A stretch of DNA of 45,045 nucleotides. It comes from an uncultured bacterium. GTDB lineage: Bacteria > Bacillota_I > Bacilli_A > RF39 > UBA660. Shown piece after piece: positions 24,794 to 33,221 of the stretch. Each line of letters begins with the position of its first letter. Positions within the stretch are counted from its first letter, which is position 1. A program made the translations under genes and the position numbers. Under the pieces are notes generated by a model. That model had not been told where the DNA came from and made no database searches. It saw nothing but the letters and a program-made list of their open reading frames with translations. The DNA lies in contig CASEJU010000013.1 in assembly GCA_949288335.1 (NCBI GenBank), forward strand, positions 1 to 45,045, in the 5' to 3' direction.

Positions 24794-27403
24794 ATGAAAG
24801 AAGATTATAAAAAGACAATTAACGAAATAATGGAAGTTTATGGTGCAACAAAAGATGGATTAAGTGATGCCGATGCAAAATTAAAACTTAGAAAAAACGG
24901 AAAAAACGAGCTTAAGGAAAAGGATAAAAAAACTAAGTTACAAATATTTTTAGATCAGTTTAAGAACATGATGATTATTTTACTTATCATTGTTGGTATT
25001 TTGTCTTTTGTTTATGCGATAGTAACAAAAAGTGATTTTTTAGATTCAATAGTTATTTTAGGCACTACCTTAGTTAATTGTATTATGGGTTATATGCAAG
25101 AAGCTAAAGCGGAAGATGCGGTAGGTAAATTAAAGAAGTATTCAGTTTCTTATGTTAACGTAAAAAGAGGTGGGAAATACAAAAAAATAGATTCTAAGTA
25201 TTTGGTTCCAGGTGATTTTATTACGCTTGAGGCAGGAGATAAAGTGCCCGCTGATGCAAGAATAATAAACGCATCTTTTGCTAAGTGTGATGAGTCTATT
25301 TTAACTGGTGAAAGTAACTCGGTATCTAAGGATAGTGAAGATATAAAAAATGATTGTTTAATATCAGAAAGAAAAAACATGCTTTATTCTGGTACTATTT
25401 TAGTAAGTGGAAAAGTAGATGCGATAGTTGTAAAAACTGGTATGTCAACCGAACTTGGTAAAATAGCATCAAGCGTTGATACTGATGCCGAGCCGGTAAC
25501 TCCACTTCAAATGAAAGTAAAAAAAGTAAGTAAATTTATTTCGTTTGTCGCGGCTTTTTTGGTTTTCTTCGTACTCATTTATGGTGTTATTAATAATTAT
25601 GATACTTTAAACATCGTAATGCTTTGTATATCAATGATTGTTGCAAGTGTACCAGAGTGTCTTCCGATTGCAATTACCGCAACACTTTCCATTGGTGTTA
25701 GTCAAATGGCTAAGAAAAAGTCAATCGTAAGAAACCTAGCTGCCATAGAAACACTTGGGGCAACCGAAGTTATTTGCACTGATAAAACGGGTACTTTAAC
25801 TAAGAATCAAATGGAAGTAATAAACGTATATGCTAATAATAAAGAACTAAAAATAGAAGATGTTAAAGAAAATAAAATGCTAGTTGAGCCAATGTTTTAC
25901 GCAAACGGAGCATATTTAAACGAGGATAATTTTTATACTGGTGATTCGGTTGACGTGGCACTTAAAAATTATATTAAAGAAAATAATATAAAAATGGATG
26001 ATTATAAAAAAGTAATTGAATTACCATTTGATTCAGATCGTAAGATGATGAGTGCCGTTTACAAAGTGAAAGATAAATTAGTTTTATTTAACAAAGGTAG
26101 TTTAGAATCAGTATTAAAAAGATCATCATCTATTTTAATTGATGATAAAGAAGTTAAGTTAACTAACGCTTTAAAAGAAAGTGTCTTATCAAAAGAAAAA
26201 GAGTACTCAAATAATGCTTTAAAAGTACTTGCATATTCATATAAGGTGTTAAAAGAAAAACCATCTAAAGATGAAGATTACTTTAAGGAAGAAAAAAACT
26301 TAGTATTTACTGGACTTGTAGGTCTTAAAGATCCGGTAAGACCAAACGTTAAAGACGCAATTAAAACGTGTATGGAAGCTAACATAAGGCCGATTATGGT
26401 AACTGGTGATAATTTACCAACCGCACTTTCTGTTGCAAAAGAAATAGGAATATGTAAAAGTGATAGTGAGGGAATAAACGCATCTGAATTAAACAACTTA
26501 AGCGAAAAAGAAATGATTAAATATGCTAAAAAGTATTCTGTTTTTGCACGCGTTAGTCCAGATAATAAATTACAACTAGTAAAAGCACTACAAAAAACTA
26601 AAAAAGTAGTTGCCATGACCGGGGATGGGGTAAACGATGCTCCAGCGATAAAGTTAGCTAACGTTGGAATCGGAATGGGTAAATCTGGTACTGATGTTAC
26701 TAAAGGGGTTGCGGATATCATTCTTTTAGATGATAGTTTTACAACTATTACAACGGCCGTATCGGAAGGAAGACGAATATACGATAACGTTATAAGTAAT
26801 ATTTTATATAACTTATCTAGTAACTTTACCGAAATTGCCATAATATTATTTGGTTTATTTACCGGTAACACAATAATTTCCGCAATCCATGTTTTATACA
26901 TTGATTTAGTTGCGGATACCATTCCATCTATTACCCTTGCTTTTGAAAAATCATCGAAAGGTACTATGAAAAGAAAGCCAAATGGTTTAAACAAAAGAAT
27001 ATTTACAAAGTTCTTTAGTGCTTTTTTAATAGCATCAGTAATATTAGAAACGTTAATTAGTTTAATTGTTTATCATCATTTTAAAGACCAAGGCGTTGTT
27101 CTTGCGCAGACGCTTGCACTTTTAAGTATTATTATAAACGAGTTTGTGTTTGCATATAACTGTAGATCACTAAAGGAAAGAATTTCAAAAAGAGGTTTTT
27201 TCTCTAATAAATATTTAAACGTTGGTATATTATTTTTACTAGTTATTCAAATACTTGTGTTCTTTACACCAGTTGGTAAGTTATTTGGTCTTACGATTAT
27301 AAGTGTTAAACAATTTATTTACGTAATATTAATAAACATAATATCATTTGTAATATTAGAGTTAGTTAAACCTTTATTAGTAAAATTATTTAAAGACGAA
27401 TAA
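24794..27403 (+). CDS. Cation-transporting P-type ATPase (Ca2+-ATPase-like, YloB-type)
   Basis: Motifs TGES, ICTDKTGTLT (phospho-Asp) and MTGDGVNDAPAIK are present. Roughly 10 TM segments. 869 aa. Confidence 0.93.
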   Translation: MKEDYKKTINEIMEVYGATKDGLSDADAKLKLRKNGKNELKEKDKKTKLQIFLDQFKNMMIILLIIVGILSFVYAIVTKSDFLDSIVILGTTLVNCIMGYMQEAKAEDAVGKLKKYSVSYVNVKRGGKYKKIDSKYLVPGDFITLEAGDKVPADARIINASFAKCDESILTGESNSVSKDSEDIKNDCLISERKNMLYSGTILVSGKVDAIVVKTGMSTELGKIASSVDTDAEPVTPLQMKVKKVSKFISFVAAFLVFFVLIYGVINNYDTLNIVMLCISMIVASVPECLPIAITATLSIGVSQMAKKKSIVRNLAAIETLGATEVICTDKTGTLTKNQMEVINVYANNKELKIEDVKENKMLVEPMFYANGAYLNEDNFYTGDSVDVALKNYIKENNIKMDDYKKVIELPFDSDRKMMSAVYKVKDKLVLFNKGSLESVLKRSSSILIDDKEVKLTNALKESVLSKEKEYSNNALKVLAYSYKVLKEKPSKDEDYFKEEKNLVFTGLVGLKDPVRPNVKDAIKTCMEANIRPIMVTGDNLPTALSVAKEIGICKSDSEGINASELNNLSEKEMIKYAKKYSVFARVSPDNKLQLVKALQKTKKVVAMTGDGVNDAPAIKLANVGIGMGKSGTDVTKGVADIILLDDSFTTITTAVSEGRRIYDNVISNILYNLSSNFTEIAIILFGLFTGNTIISAIHVLYIDLVADTIPSITLAFEKSSKGTMKRKPNGLNKRIFTKFFSAFLIASVILETLISLIVYHHFKDQGVVLAQTLALLSIIINEFVFAYNCRSLKERISKRGFFSNKYLNVGILFLLVIQILVFFTPVGKLFGLTIISVKQFIYVILINIISFVILELVKPLLVKLFKDE

Positions 27404-27530
27404 TCACTTTTTAAAGTGGTTATTTTTTTGATATAATTAATTTAACAAGATATAAAAATAAATACTTTTATAAAATCACTAAATAATGAATAAAAAATAT
27501 AATAGTATAGTAATAAAAGGAGTGTTAAGC

Positions 27531-28553
27531 ATGAAGTTATATTCAAACGAAATAGTGTTTAGAGGTCATCCTGATAAAGTGTGTGATCAGATAAGTGATG
27601 CCATTTTAGATTCGTATTTAAAAGAAGATAAGAACTCAAGATGCGCAATAGAAGTGATGGGCGGAAAAGGAAATATTTTTATAACCGGGGAGGTTACGTC
27701 TTGTGCTAAGGTAGACGTTGAAAAAATAGTTAAAAAAGTACTTAAGGACGTTGGATATAGTACTAATTACGAAATAATAAATAACCTAGGTATTCAAAGT
27801 AGTGATATTGCTCTTGGCGTAAACGATGATAAGTTAGGTGCAGGAGACCAGGGAATGATGTTTGGTTTTGCATGTTCTGATACTAAAGAAATGCTTCCTT
27901 GTGCAATGGTAATTTTACAGCGTTTAAGTATTTGGTATGATGATGCAAGGAAAAAGTATAAGGATTTAATGCCTGATGGAAAAGCACAAATAACAGGCTA
28001 TTATGATGATGAAATGAATCTTTTAAAGATAAAGTATTTTACTATTTCTTACCAAAATAGTGAGGAAAACAGAAACTTCACTGATAAACTAATAAAAGAT
28101 GAGTGCATAAAAATATGTGATGAATATAATATTAAAATTGAAAACTTTTTAATAAATCCAACCGGTAGGTTTAAAATCGGTGGCTTTGAAGGGGATTCTG
28201 GTCTTACCGGAAGAAAAATAGTAGTTGATACGTACCAGTCTTTTGCACCAGTCGGCGGCGGAGCCTTTAGTGGTAAAGACCCAACTAAAGTAGATAGATC
28301 GGCAGCTTATAAAGCAAGATTAATTGCAAAAGAGTATTTAAAGAAGTATGATTTAAAATGGTGTAAAGTGCAACTTAGTTACGCAATAGGAATAGAAAAG
28401 CCTCTTGCAATTTACATAACATCTAATAAAGGTGACATAAAACCTTTAGATGATTTATATGAAAAGTGTACTCCTAAAAGCATTATAAAAGATTTAGATT
28501 TATTAAATACTCGTTATTATAAAAAGGCAATGTTTGGACATTTTGTTAATTAA
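27531..28553 (+). CDS. metK: S-adenosylmethionine synthetase, short divergent form (about 340 aa)
   Basis: Motifs GHPDKVCDQISDAILD, GAGDQGMMFGFA, INPTGRF, GLTGRKIVVDTY and GGGAFSGKDPTKVDRSAAY are present. ATG 27531 is preceded by SD aaaggag. Confidence 0.9.
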   Translation: MKLYSNEIVFRGHPDKVCDQISDAILDSYLKEDKNSRCAIEVMGGKGNIFITGEVTSCAKVDVEKIVKKVLKDVGYSTNYEIINNLGIQSSDIALGVNDDKLGAGDQGMMFGFACSDTKEMLPCAMVILQRLSIWYDDARKKYKDLMPDGKAQITGYYDDEMNLLKIKYFTISYQNSEENRNFTDKLIKDECIKICDEYNIKIENFLINPTGRFKIGGFEGDSGLTGRKIVVDTYQSFAPVGGGAFSGKDPTKVDRSAAYKARLIAKEYLKKYDLKWCKVQLSYAIGIEKPLAIYITSNKGDIKPLDDLYEKCTPKSIIKDLDLLNTRYYKKAMFGHFVN

Positions 28554-28629
28554 AAATAATTGTATAACTAATAATTCTTAATAATTATTCTTTAAAAGTA
28601 ATGTTATAATAAAAAAGGAGTTGATAAAA

Positions 28630-29604
28630 ATGAACGTAACAATATTAGGAGCAGGAGCTTATGCTTTAGGTTTAGCCTTAAGATTTAATAAAAATAATAA
28701 TAAAATAATAATTTGGTCAGCAGTAAAAGATGAAATAGATGTTTTAACTAAAACAAAGAAAAACGAACGAGCTTTGCCTGGTGTTAAGATGCCAAATAAT
28801 TTTGTTTATACAGAAAACGTACAAAAAGCAATAGAAGGTAGCGATATAGTAGTTATCGCGGTTGCTATGAAATTTATTTCAAGCGTGTGTGATCAAATAA
28901 AGCCATTTGTAAAAGATAAACACATTTTAATAGCATCTAAAGGAATAGAACAAGAGTCTTATCATTTTGCGTCTGACATCGTAAAAAAGAAACTTAAAAC
29001 CAAAAAAGTTGCGGTATTATCAGGACCTACGTTTGCAAAAGACATGGCAACGGATGAACTTGTCGGTCTTTCCCTTGCAACTACTAATTCAAAAACAAAA
29101 GACGCTATTATAAAAGCACTTTCTAATAATAAATTAAAATTAAGACCTACAAAAGACTTTATTGGGGTTGAGTTATGTGGATCATTAAAAAACGTAATAG
29201 CAATCGCCGGCGGTATATTAGATGGTTTAAAAGTGTCTGAATCAACAAAAGCAATGTTTTTAACCGAAAGCTTAAATGACGCAAGAAAACTAATTAAAAA
29301 ATTAGGTGGAAACGAAAAAACAATTTTATCTTTCGCGGGAATAGGAGACGTTTTACTAACTTGTACATCTAACAGTTCTAGAAACTATTCTTTTGGAATG
29401 ATGTTAGGTTCTAAAACAAGTAAAGAAAAGCAAGATGAGTATTTAAGTACCCATACCGTAGAAGGAGTGTACACCTTAAAATCACTTTATGGTTTAATAA
29501 AGGTAAGGAAGGTAAAAATGCCGTTTATTGATTTAATCTATAACATGGTATTTGGCTATAAAAGCGTAGATGATTTAATACCTTTCTTAAACGAAAAAGA
29601 GTAG
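28630..29604 (+). CDS. gpsA: NAD(P)H-dependent glycerol-3-phosphate dehydrogenase
   Basis: Has an N-terminal GAGAYA Rossmann motif, the GSLKNVIAIAGGILDGL motif, and the expected length. The start is ATG 28630, after SD aaggag. Confidence 0.9.
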   Translation: MNVTILGAGAYALGLALRFNKNNNKIIIWSAVKDEIDVLTKTKKNERALPGVKMPNNFVYTENVQKAIEGSDIVVIAVAMKFISSVCDQIKPFVKDKHILIASKGIEQESYHFASDIVKKKLKTKKVAVLSGPTFAKDMATDELVGLSLATTNSKTKDAIIKALSNNKLKLRPTKDFIGVELCGSLKNVIAIAGGILDGLKVSESTKAMFLTESLNDARKLIKKLGGNEKTILSFAGIGDVLLTCTSNSSRNYSFGMMLGSKTSKEKQDEYLSTHTVEGVYTLKSLYGLIKVRKVKMPFIDLIYNMVFGYKSVDDLIPFLNEKE

Positions 29605-29633
29605 AATCATTAATTTTAAATGGTTCTTTTTTT
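29604..29633 (+). terminator. Rho-independent terminator
   Basis: gaatcatt (29604-29611) / aatggttc (29619-29626) with one G-U pair, then a T-run. Confidence 0.65.
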
Positions 29634-29690
29634 GTTGCTTTTTTAAAAAAAATAAATATAATAGTTTAACAGAAAAAAGGTGATAAGGTT

Positions 29691-30347
29691 ATGTATATTG
29701 ATTTAGATAAAATAAAAAGAGATTTTAAAAGCGGCACAAAAGATAAAAAATTGCCTATGGAAGAAATCTATAAATTAAAGAGTCAAGGTATGTCATATAG
29801 AAAAATAGCAGAAAAGTATGATTGTAATTATGATACGATAAGGCGAAGATTAACGAAATATTGTGAGCAAAATAATTTAGAAATTCTAAAAGTTAAAAGT
29901 GGTCCAAAACAAAAGACTTTACCTATGAAAGAAATATATGAATTAAAAAGCAAGGGACAAACGTATGAAGAAATAGCAGAAAAATATAATTGTTCTGCCA
30001 TGACAATATTAAGAAGATTAACGAAATATTGTGAGCAAAAAAATTTAGAAATTCCAAAAAATAAAGAATTACCAATAGAAGAAATCTATAAATTAAAGAG
30101 TCAAGGTATGTCATATAGAAAGATAGCAGAAAAACATGATTGTTCATACGGGACAATAAGACAAAGATTAATAGAATATGAGGATGAACTTATTTTAAGA
30201 AATAAATATTTAGAGATATTATTATATGATTTTAATAAAATCATAGATAACGTTTTAAATAAAACAATCGGGTCTTTTTACGATGATAAAGAGAATCAAA
30301 AGCAAGATGATTATTCATTTATAAAAAATAAAAGTCGCTTAAATTAA
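29691..30347 (+). CDS. Protein made of three tandem resolvase/IS30-type helix-turn-helix modules (218 aa), with no catalytic domain
   Basis: LP(M/I)(E/K)EIYxLKSxGxxYxxIAEKxxCxxxTIxxRL occurs three times, starting near 29751, 29919 and 30069. SD ggtga precedes ATG 29691. Confidence 0.75.
   Translation: MYIDLDKIKRDFKSGTKDKKLPMEEIYKLKSQGMSYRKIAEKYDCNYDTIRRRLTKYCEQNNLEILKVKSGPKQKTLPMKEIYELKSKGQTYEEIAEKYNCSAMTILRRLTKYCEQKNLEIPKNKELPIEEIYKLKSQGMSYRKIAEKHDCSYGTIRQRLIEYEDELILRNKYLEILLYDFNKIIDNVLNKTIGSFYDDKENQKQDDYSFIKNKSRLN
29751..30188 (+). repeat. Three intragenic tandem repeats (about 150-170 nt each) with mosaic near-identical stretches
   Basis: Units 1 and 3 share gaagaaatctataaattaaagagtcaaggtatgtcatatagaaa(a/g)atagcagaaaa. 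Units 1 and 2 share agattaacgaaatattgtgagcaaaa(t/a)aatttagaaattc. Confidence 0.9.
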
Positions 30348-30374
30348 GTGATTTTTTTATCTTTTGTAAGCTTG

Positions 30375-30381
30375 TGTCGAA
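30375..30381 (+). promoter_or_regulatory. Consensus Spo0A box upstream of spoIIAA
   Basis: TGTCGAA, an exact match to the 0A-box consensus, lies about 55 nt upstream of the spoIIAA start. Confidence 0.45.
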
Positions 30382-30436
30382 TCTCTTTTTTTTATTTTCT
30401 AATAGTGATTAAATGATATTACTAGGAGGAATTAAG

Positions 30437-30754
30437 TTGCTAAAGGTATTAATGGAGTTTAGAAAAGGAGTACTTTTCGTAAGATTATTTGGAACGCTTA
30501 ATGAAAATACAATTAAAACGTTTGAAGTCGAAGTTAAGGAGGTGATTATAGAAGCTGGGATAAAGTACGTTGTTTTAAACGTCGATAATTTAGATAGTGT
30601 ATCAAATGATGGGGTAAAAGAAATTAAAAGGCTAAAAAGAATGGTTGAAAAAACCGAGGGTAAGTTTTTCTTGTTCGGCGGAGAAGTAAAGGAACTTAAA
30701 TCACTTGTTAATTTAGAAAACGAACTAAAGGTTTTTGAAAGGGTTGTGATATAG
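30437..30754 (+). CDS. spoIIAA: STAS-domain anti-sigma-factor antagonist (SpoIIAA-like)
   Basis: Aligns with B. subtilis SpoIIAA (VLFVRLFGTLNENT / IKYVVLNVDNL...DG / GKFFLFGG..VKEL). TTG 30437 fits SD taggagga (30423-30430). ATG 30413 and ATG 30452 are alternatives. Confidence 0.8.
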   Translation: MLKVLMEFRKGVLFVRLFGTLNENTIKTFEVEVKEVIIEAGIKYVVLNVDNLDSVSNDGVKEIKRLKRMVEKTEGKFFLFGGEVKELKSLVNLENELKVFERVVI

Positions 30755-31425
30755 TGATAGAATATTCTTGCAAGCTAGATGAAGTAATTAGACAAAACAG
30801 TAATTTAGTTTATGGTGTTTGTGCTAAATATAATAATTATTTTGATAAAGAAGATTTATATCAAGAAGGTAAGATGGGTCTAATTGATGCGTATAAAAAC
30901 TTTGATAAAACTAAAGGAGTAAAGTTTTCTACTTATGCCTTTCCTTACATAGTAGGAAGGGTAAGTAATTACGTAAGGGAAAATAAAAACATAAAGGTAA
31001 GTAAAGATTTGGCAAGGTTAGGTAAAAAAATAAATGAATATATTGACAAACATTTTGAGGTGCGTGGGTATAAACCAAGTATTCATGACATTGCCTTAAT
31101 GTTAGAAGTAAAAGAAGAAAAAGTAATAAGTGCTTTAGAAGCCTGTCAAAAAATTAAAAGTTTAGATGAACAAATAAATGATGATGAGAAAAAAATTACG
31201 CTTCTTGATGTAACAGCTTTTAATCAGAATGTTTCAAATGAACAAATGATTGATTTAAAAGAAGCCTTTAATTATCTAAGTGATGAAGAAAAAAACTTAC
31301 TGATAAAAAGATACTATAATGATTTTACCCAAAGTGAAGTAGCAAAAGATATGGGTGTAAATCAGGTTTATGTATCAAGAATGGAAAAAAAGGCCTTGTC
31401 AAAAATGAAAAGTAAGATGACATAA
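30754..31425 (+). CDS. sigF: Sporulation-type group 3 sigma factor (SigF-like)
   Basis: FSTYAFPYIVGRVSNYVRENKNIKVSKDLARLGKKI and LLIKRYYNDFTQSEVAKDMGVNQVYVSRMEKKAL align closely with B. subtilis SigF regions 2.4/3.0 and 4.2. The GTG start overlaps the spoIIAA stop (TAGTG). Confidence 0.85.
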   Translation: MIEYSCKLDEVIRQNSNLVYGVCAKYNNYFDKEDLYQEGKMGLIDAYKNFDKTKGVKFSTYAFPYIVGRVSNYVRENKNIKVSKDLARLGKKINEYIDKHFEVRGYKPSIHDIALMLEVKEEKVISALEACQKIKSLDEQINDDEKKITLLDVTAFNQNVSNEQMIDLKEAFNYLSDEEKNLLIKRYYNDFTQSEVAKDMGVNQVYVSRMEKKALSKMKSKMT

Positions 31426-31427
31426 AA

Positions 31428-31462
31428 AAGAATAGTGAATTTATTTCATTATTCTTTTTTTT
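31428..31462 (+). terminator. Rho-independent terminator after sigF
   Basis: aagaatagtga (31428-31438) / tcattattctt (31446-31456), 11 bp with one G-U pair, then a T-run. Confidence 0.8.
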
Positions 31463-31516
31463 AAATATTTTGTGGTATACTATTAACTGATATTAAACCT
31501 TATGAAAGGAGTTATT

Positions 31517-32230
31517 ATGCTAGAATTAAAAAACGTATGTTTTAAAAGGGATAATAAAATTATTCTTGATAATATAAATTTAAAGCTTGATGAAACTAAG
31601 TTTTACGTAATAACAGGTCCTAACGGATCTGGTAAATCAACGCTTGCTAAAATAATAATGGGGCTTGTTAAACCAGATTCTGGACGCGTTATTTTTAACG
31701 GAGAGGACATAACGGAAAAAAGTGTTGATGAGCGTGCTAAAATGGGCATTAGTTTTGCTTTTCAGCAGCCTGTTAAATTTAAGGGAATAACCGTTTATGA
31801 TATTCTTAAAATAGCAACCAAAAAGAAGTTAACTAAAAGTGATGCGTGCGCTATTTTATCTAAAGTTGGATTATGTGCAATGGATTACATTGATAGAGAA
31901 GTTGACGCATCACTTTCCGGTGGTGAGTTAAAAAGAATAGAAATCGTAAGTGTTATTGCCATGAATCCTAAGGTAGCTATTTTTGATGAGCCTGAAGCGG
32001 GAATAGATTTATGGAGCTTTGAGAATTTAAACGAGGTGTTTAAAGAAATAGAAGCATCTTATAGTGGAATAACCATTGTTATTTCACATCAAGAACGCAT
32101 TTTAAACATCGCTGACCAAATAATATTAATTGTAAATGGGAAAATAAAAGATACCGGTTCTAAAGATAAAATGTTAAGTGAGTTATTTAATAAAAAATGT
32201 TCTAAAGGAGGTAGATGCTATGAACGATAA
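31517..32230 (+). CDS. sufC: Fe-S cluster assembly ATPase SufC
   Basis: ABC ATPase with GPNGSGKST, LSGGELKR and FDEPEAGIDL motifs. Its partner is a SufB/D-type gene. ATG 31517 follows SD gaaaggag, with extended -10 TGgTATACT at 31473-31481. Confidence 0.88.
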   Translation: MLELKNVCFKRDNKIILDNINLKLDETKFYVITGPNGSGKSTLAKIIMGLVKPDSGRVIFNGEDITEKSVDERAKMGISFAFQQPVKFKGITVYDILKIATKKKLTKSDACAILSKVGLCAMDYIDREVDASLSGGELKRIEIVSVIAMNPKVAIFDEPEAGIDLWSFENLNEVFKEIEASYSGITIVISHQERILNIADQIILIVNGKIKDTGSKDKMLSELFNKKCSKGGRCYER

Positions 32231-33137
32231 GGATAAAGCTCTTTTAGATGAAGTGGATACAAGTATTTTTAAAGAAAACGAAGCGGTAAACGTAAGAAAA
32301 AACGGTAAGATGGTAACTAGAAAAATAAATGATTACATAGATATTAAAACAAAGGAAGATGGTAAAGGAATTGATGTTTACGTAAAAGAAAACACGCTTT
32401 TAGGTGTTGTTCATATACCTGTTATCATTACCGAAAGTGGCCTTAAGGACGTTGTTTATAATGATTTTCACATCGGTAAAAACTCAAACGTTGTAATACT
32501 TGCAGGCTGTGGTATTCATAATGATAAGCATGAAGATAGCCGTCATGACGGCATTCACCGGTTTTTCATAGAAGAAAATGCTAAGGTTAAGTATACGGAA
32601 AAGCATTATGCCGAAGGCGCAGGTTCTGGTAAAAAGGTTCTTAATCCATATACGGAAATAAACTTAGGAAAAAACGCTAGTATGACGATGGACTCCGTTC
32701 AAATAAAAGGAGTAACATCAACAAAAAGAATTACTAAGGCAAACTTAGAAGAAGGCGCAACCCTTGTTATTAAAGAAAAAATATTAACGAGTGATGATCA
32801 ATTCGCTAAAACTTCATTTATGGTTGATTTAAAAGGTGATGGTGCATCATGTGAGGTTACTTCTCGCTCGGTTGCAACGGATAAGTCGTACCAAGAGTTT
32901 AAATCAAAAGTGATTGGTGATAAAAATTGTTATGCACACATCTCTTGTGATGCCATAATAAAAGATGATGCGAAGGTAAAAGCAGTGCCAGAAATATACG
33001 CGAAAAACAAAAACGCAAACCTTATTCATGAAGCATACATAGGTAAAATACAAGGAGAACAACTAATGAAGTTAATGAGTCTTGGCTTAAGTGAAAAACA
33101 GGCCGAAGAAGAAATTATTAAAGGTTTTTTAAAATAA
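32220..33137 (+). CDS. SufB/SufD-family Fe-S assembly scaffold protein, short form (about 305 aa)
   Basis: Beta-helix repeats and a C-terminal HEAYIGKIQGEQLMKLMSLGLSEKQAEEEIIKGF, typical of SufB/SufD. ATG 32220 follows SD aaggagg and overlaps the sufC end. Confidence 0.85.
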   Translation: MNDKDKALLDEVDTSIFKENEAVNVRKNGKMVTRKINDYIDIKTKEDGKGIDVYVKENTLLGVVHIPVIITESGLKDVVYNDFHIGKNSNVVILAGCGIHNDKHEDSRHDGIHRFFIEENAKVKYTEKHYAEGAGSGKKVLNPYTEINLGKNASMTMDSVQIKGVTSTKRITKANLEEGATLVIKEKILTSDDQFAKTSFMVDLKGDGASCEVTSRSVATDKSYQEFKSKVIGDKNCYAHISCDAIIKDDAKVKAVPEIYAKNKNANLIHEAYIGKIQGEQLMKLMSLGLSEKQAEEEIIKGFLK

Positions 33138-33221
33138 TGTTAAGGATAATGGTGTCATATCATTATTCTTTTTATGATATAATTATATTGTATTATTAAT
33201 TATGTTAGGAGTTTTTAAACA

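Noticed and set aside
26278-26994. 238-aa ORF on the minus strand
   Set aside because: It is antisense to the P-type ATPase gene (the GDGVNDAPA region) and has the same compositional artefact. The shorter antisense ORFs inside truB (2400-2858), pnp, rnj, ftsY, the HK gene and others were rejected for the same reason.
27404-27530. Expected S-box (SAM-I) riboswitch upstream of metK
   Set aside because: The region is almost pure A/T, with none of the conserved GC-rich helices or the kink-turn. Only a terminator for the ATPase gene and a -10-like element are visible.
29691-30347. Possible transposase or resolvase (mobile element), because of the resolvase/IS30-type HTH motifs
   Set aside because: There is no catalytic serine-recombinase or DDE domain, no terminal inverted repeats and no target-site duplications. 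It is treated as a DNA-binding protein instead.
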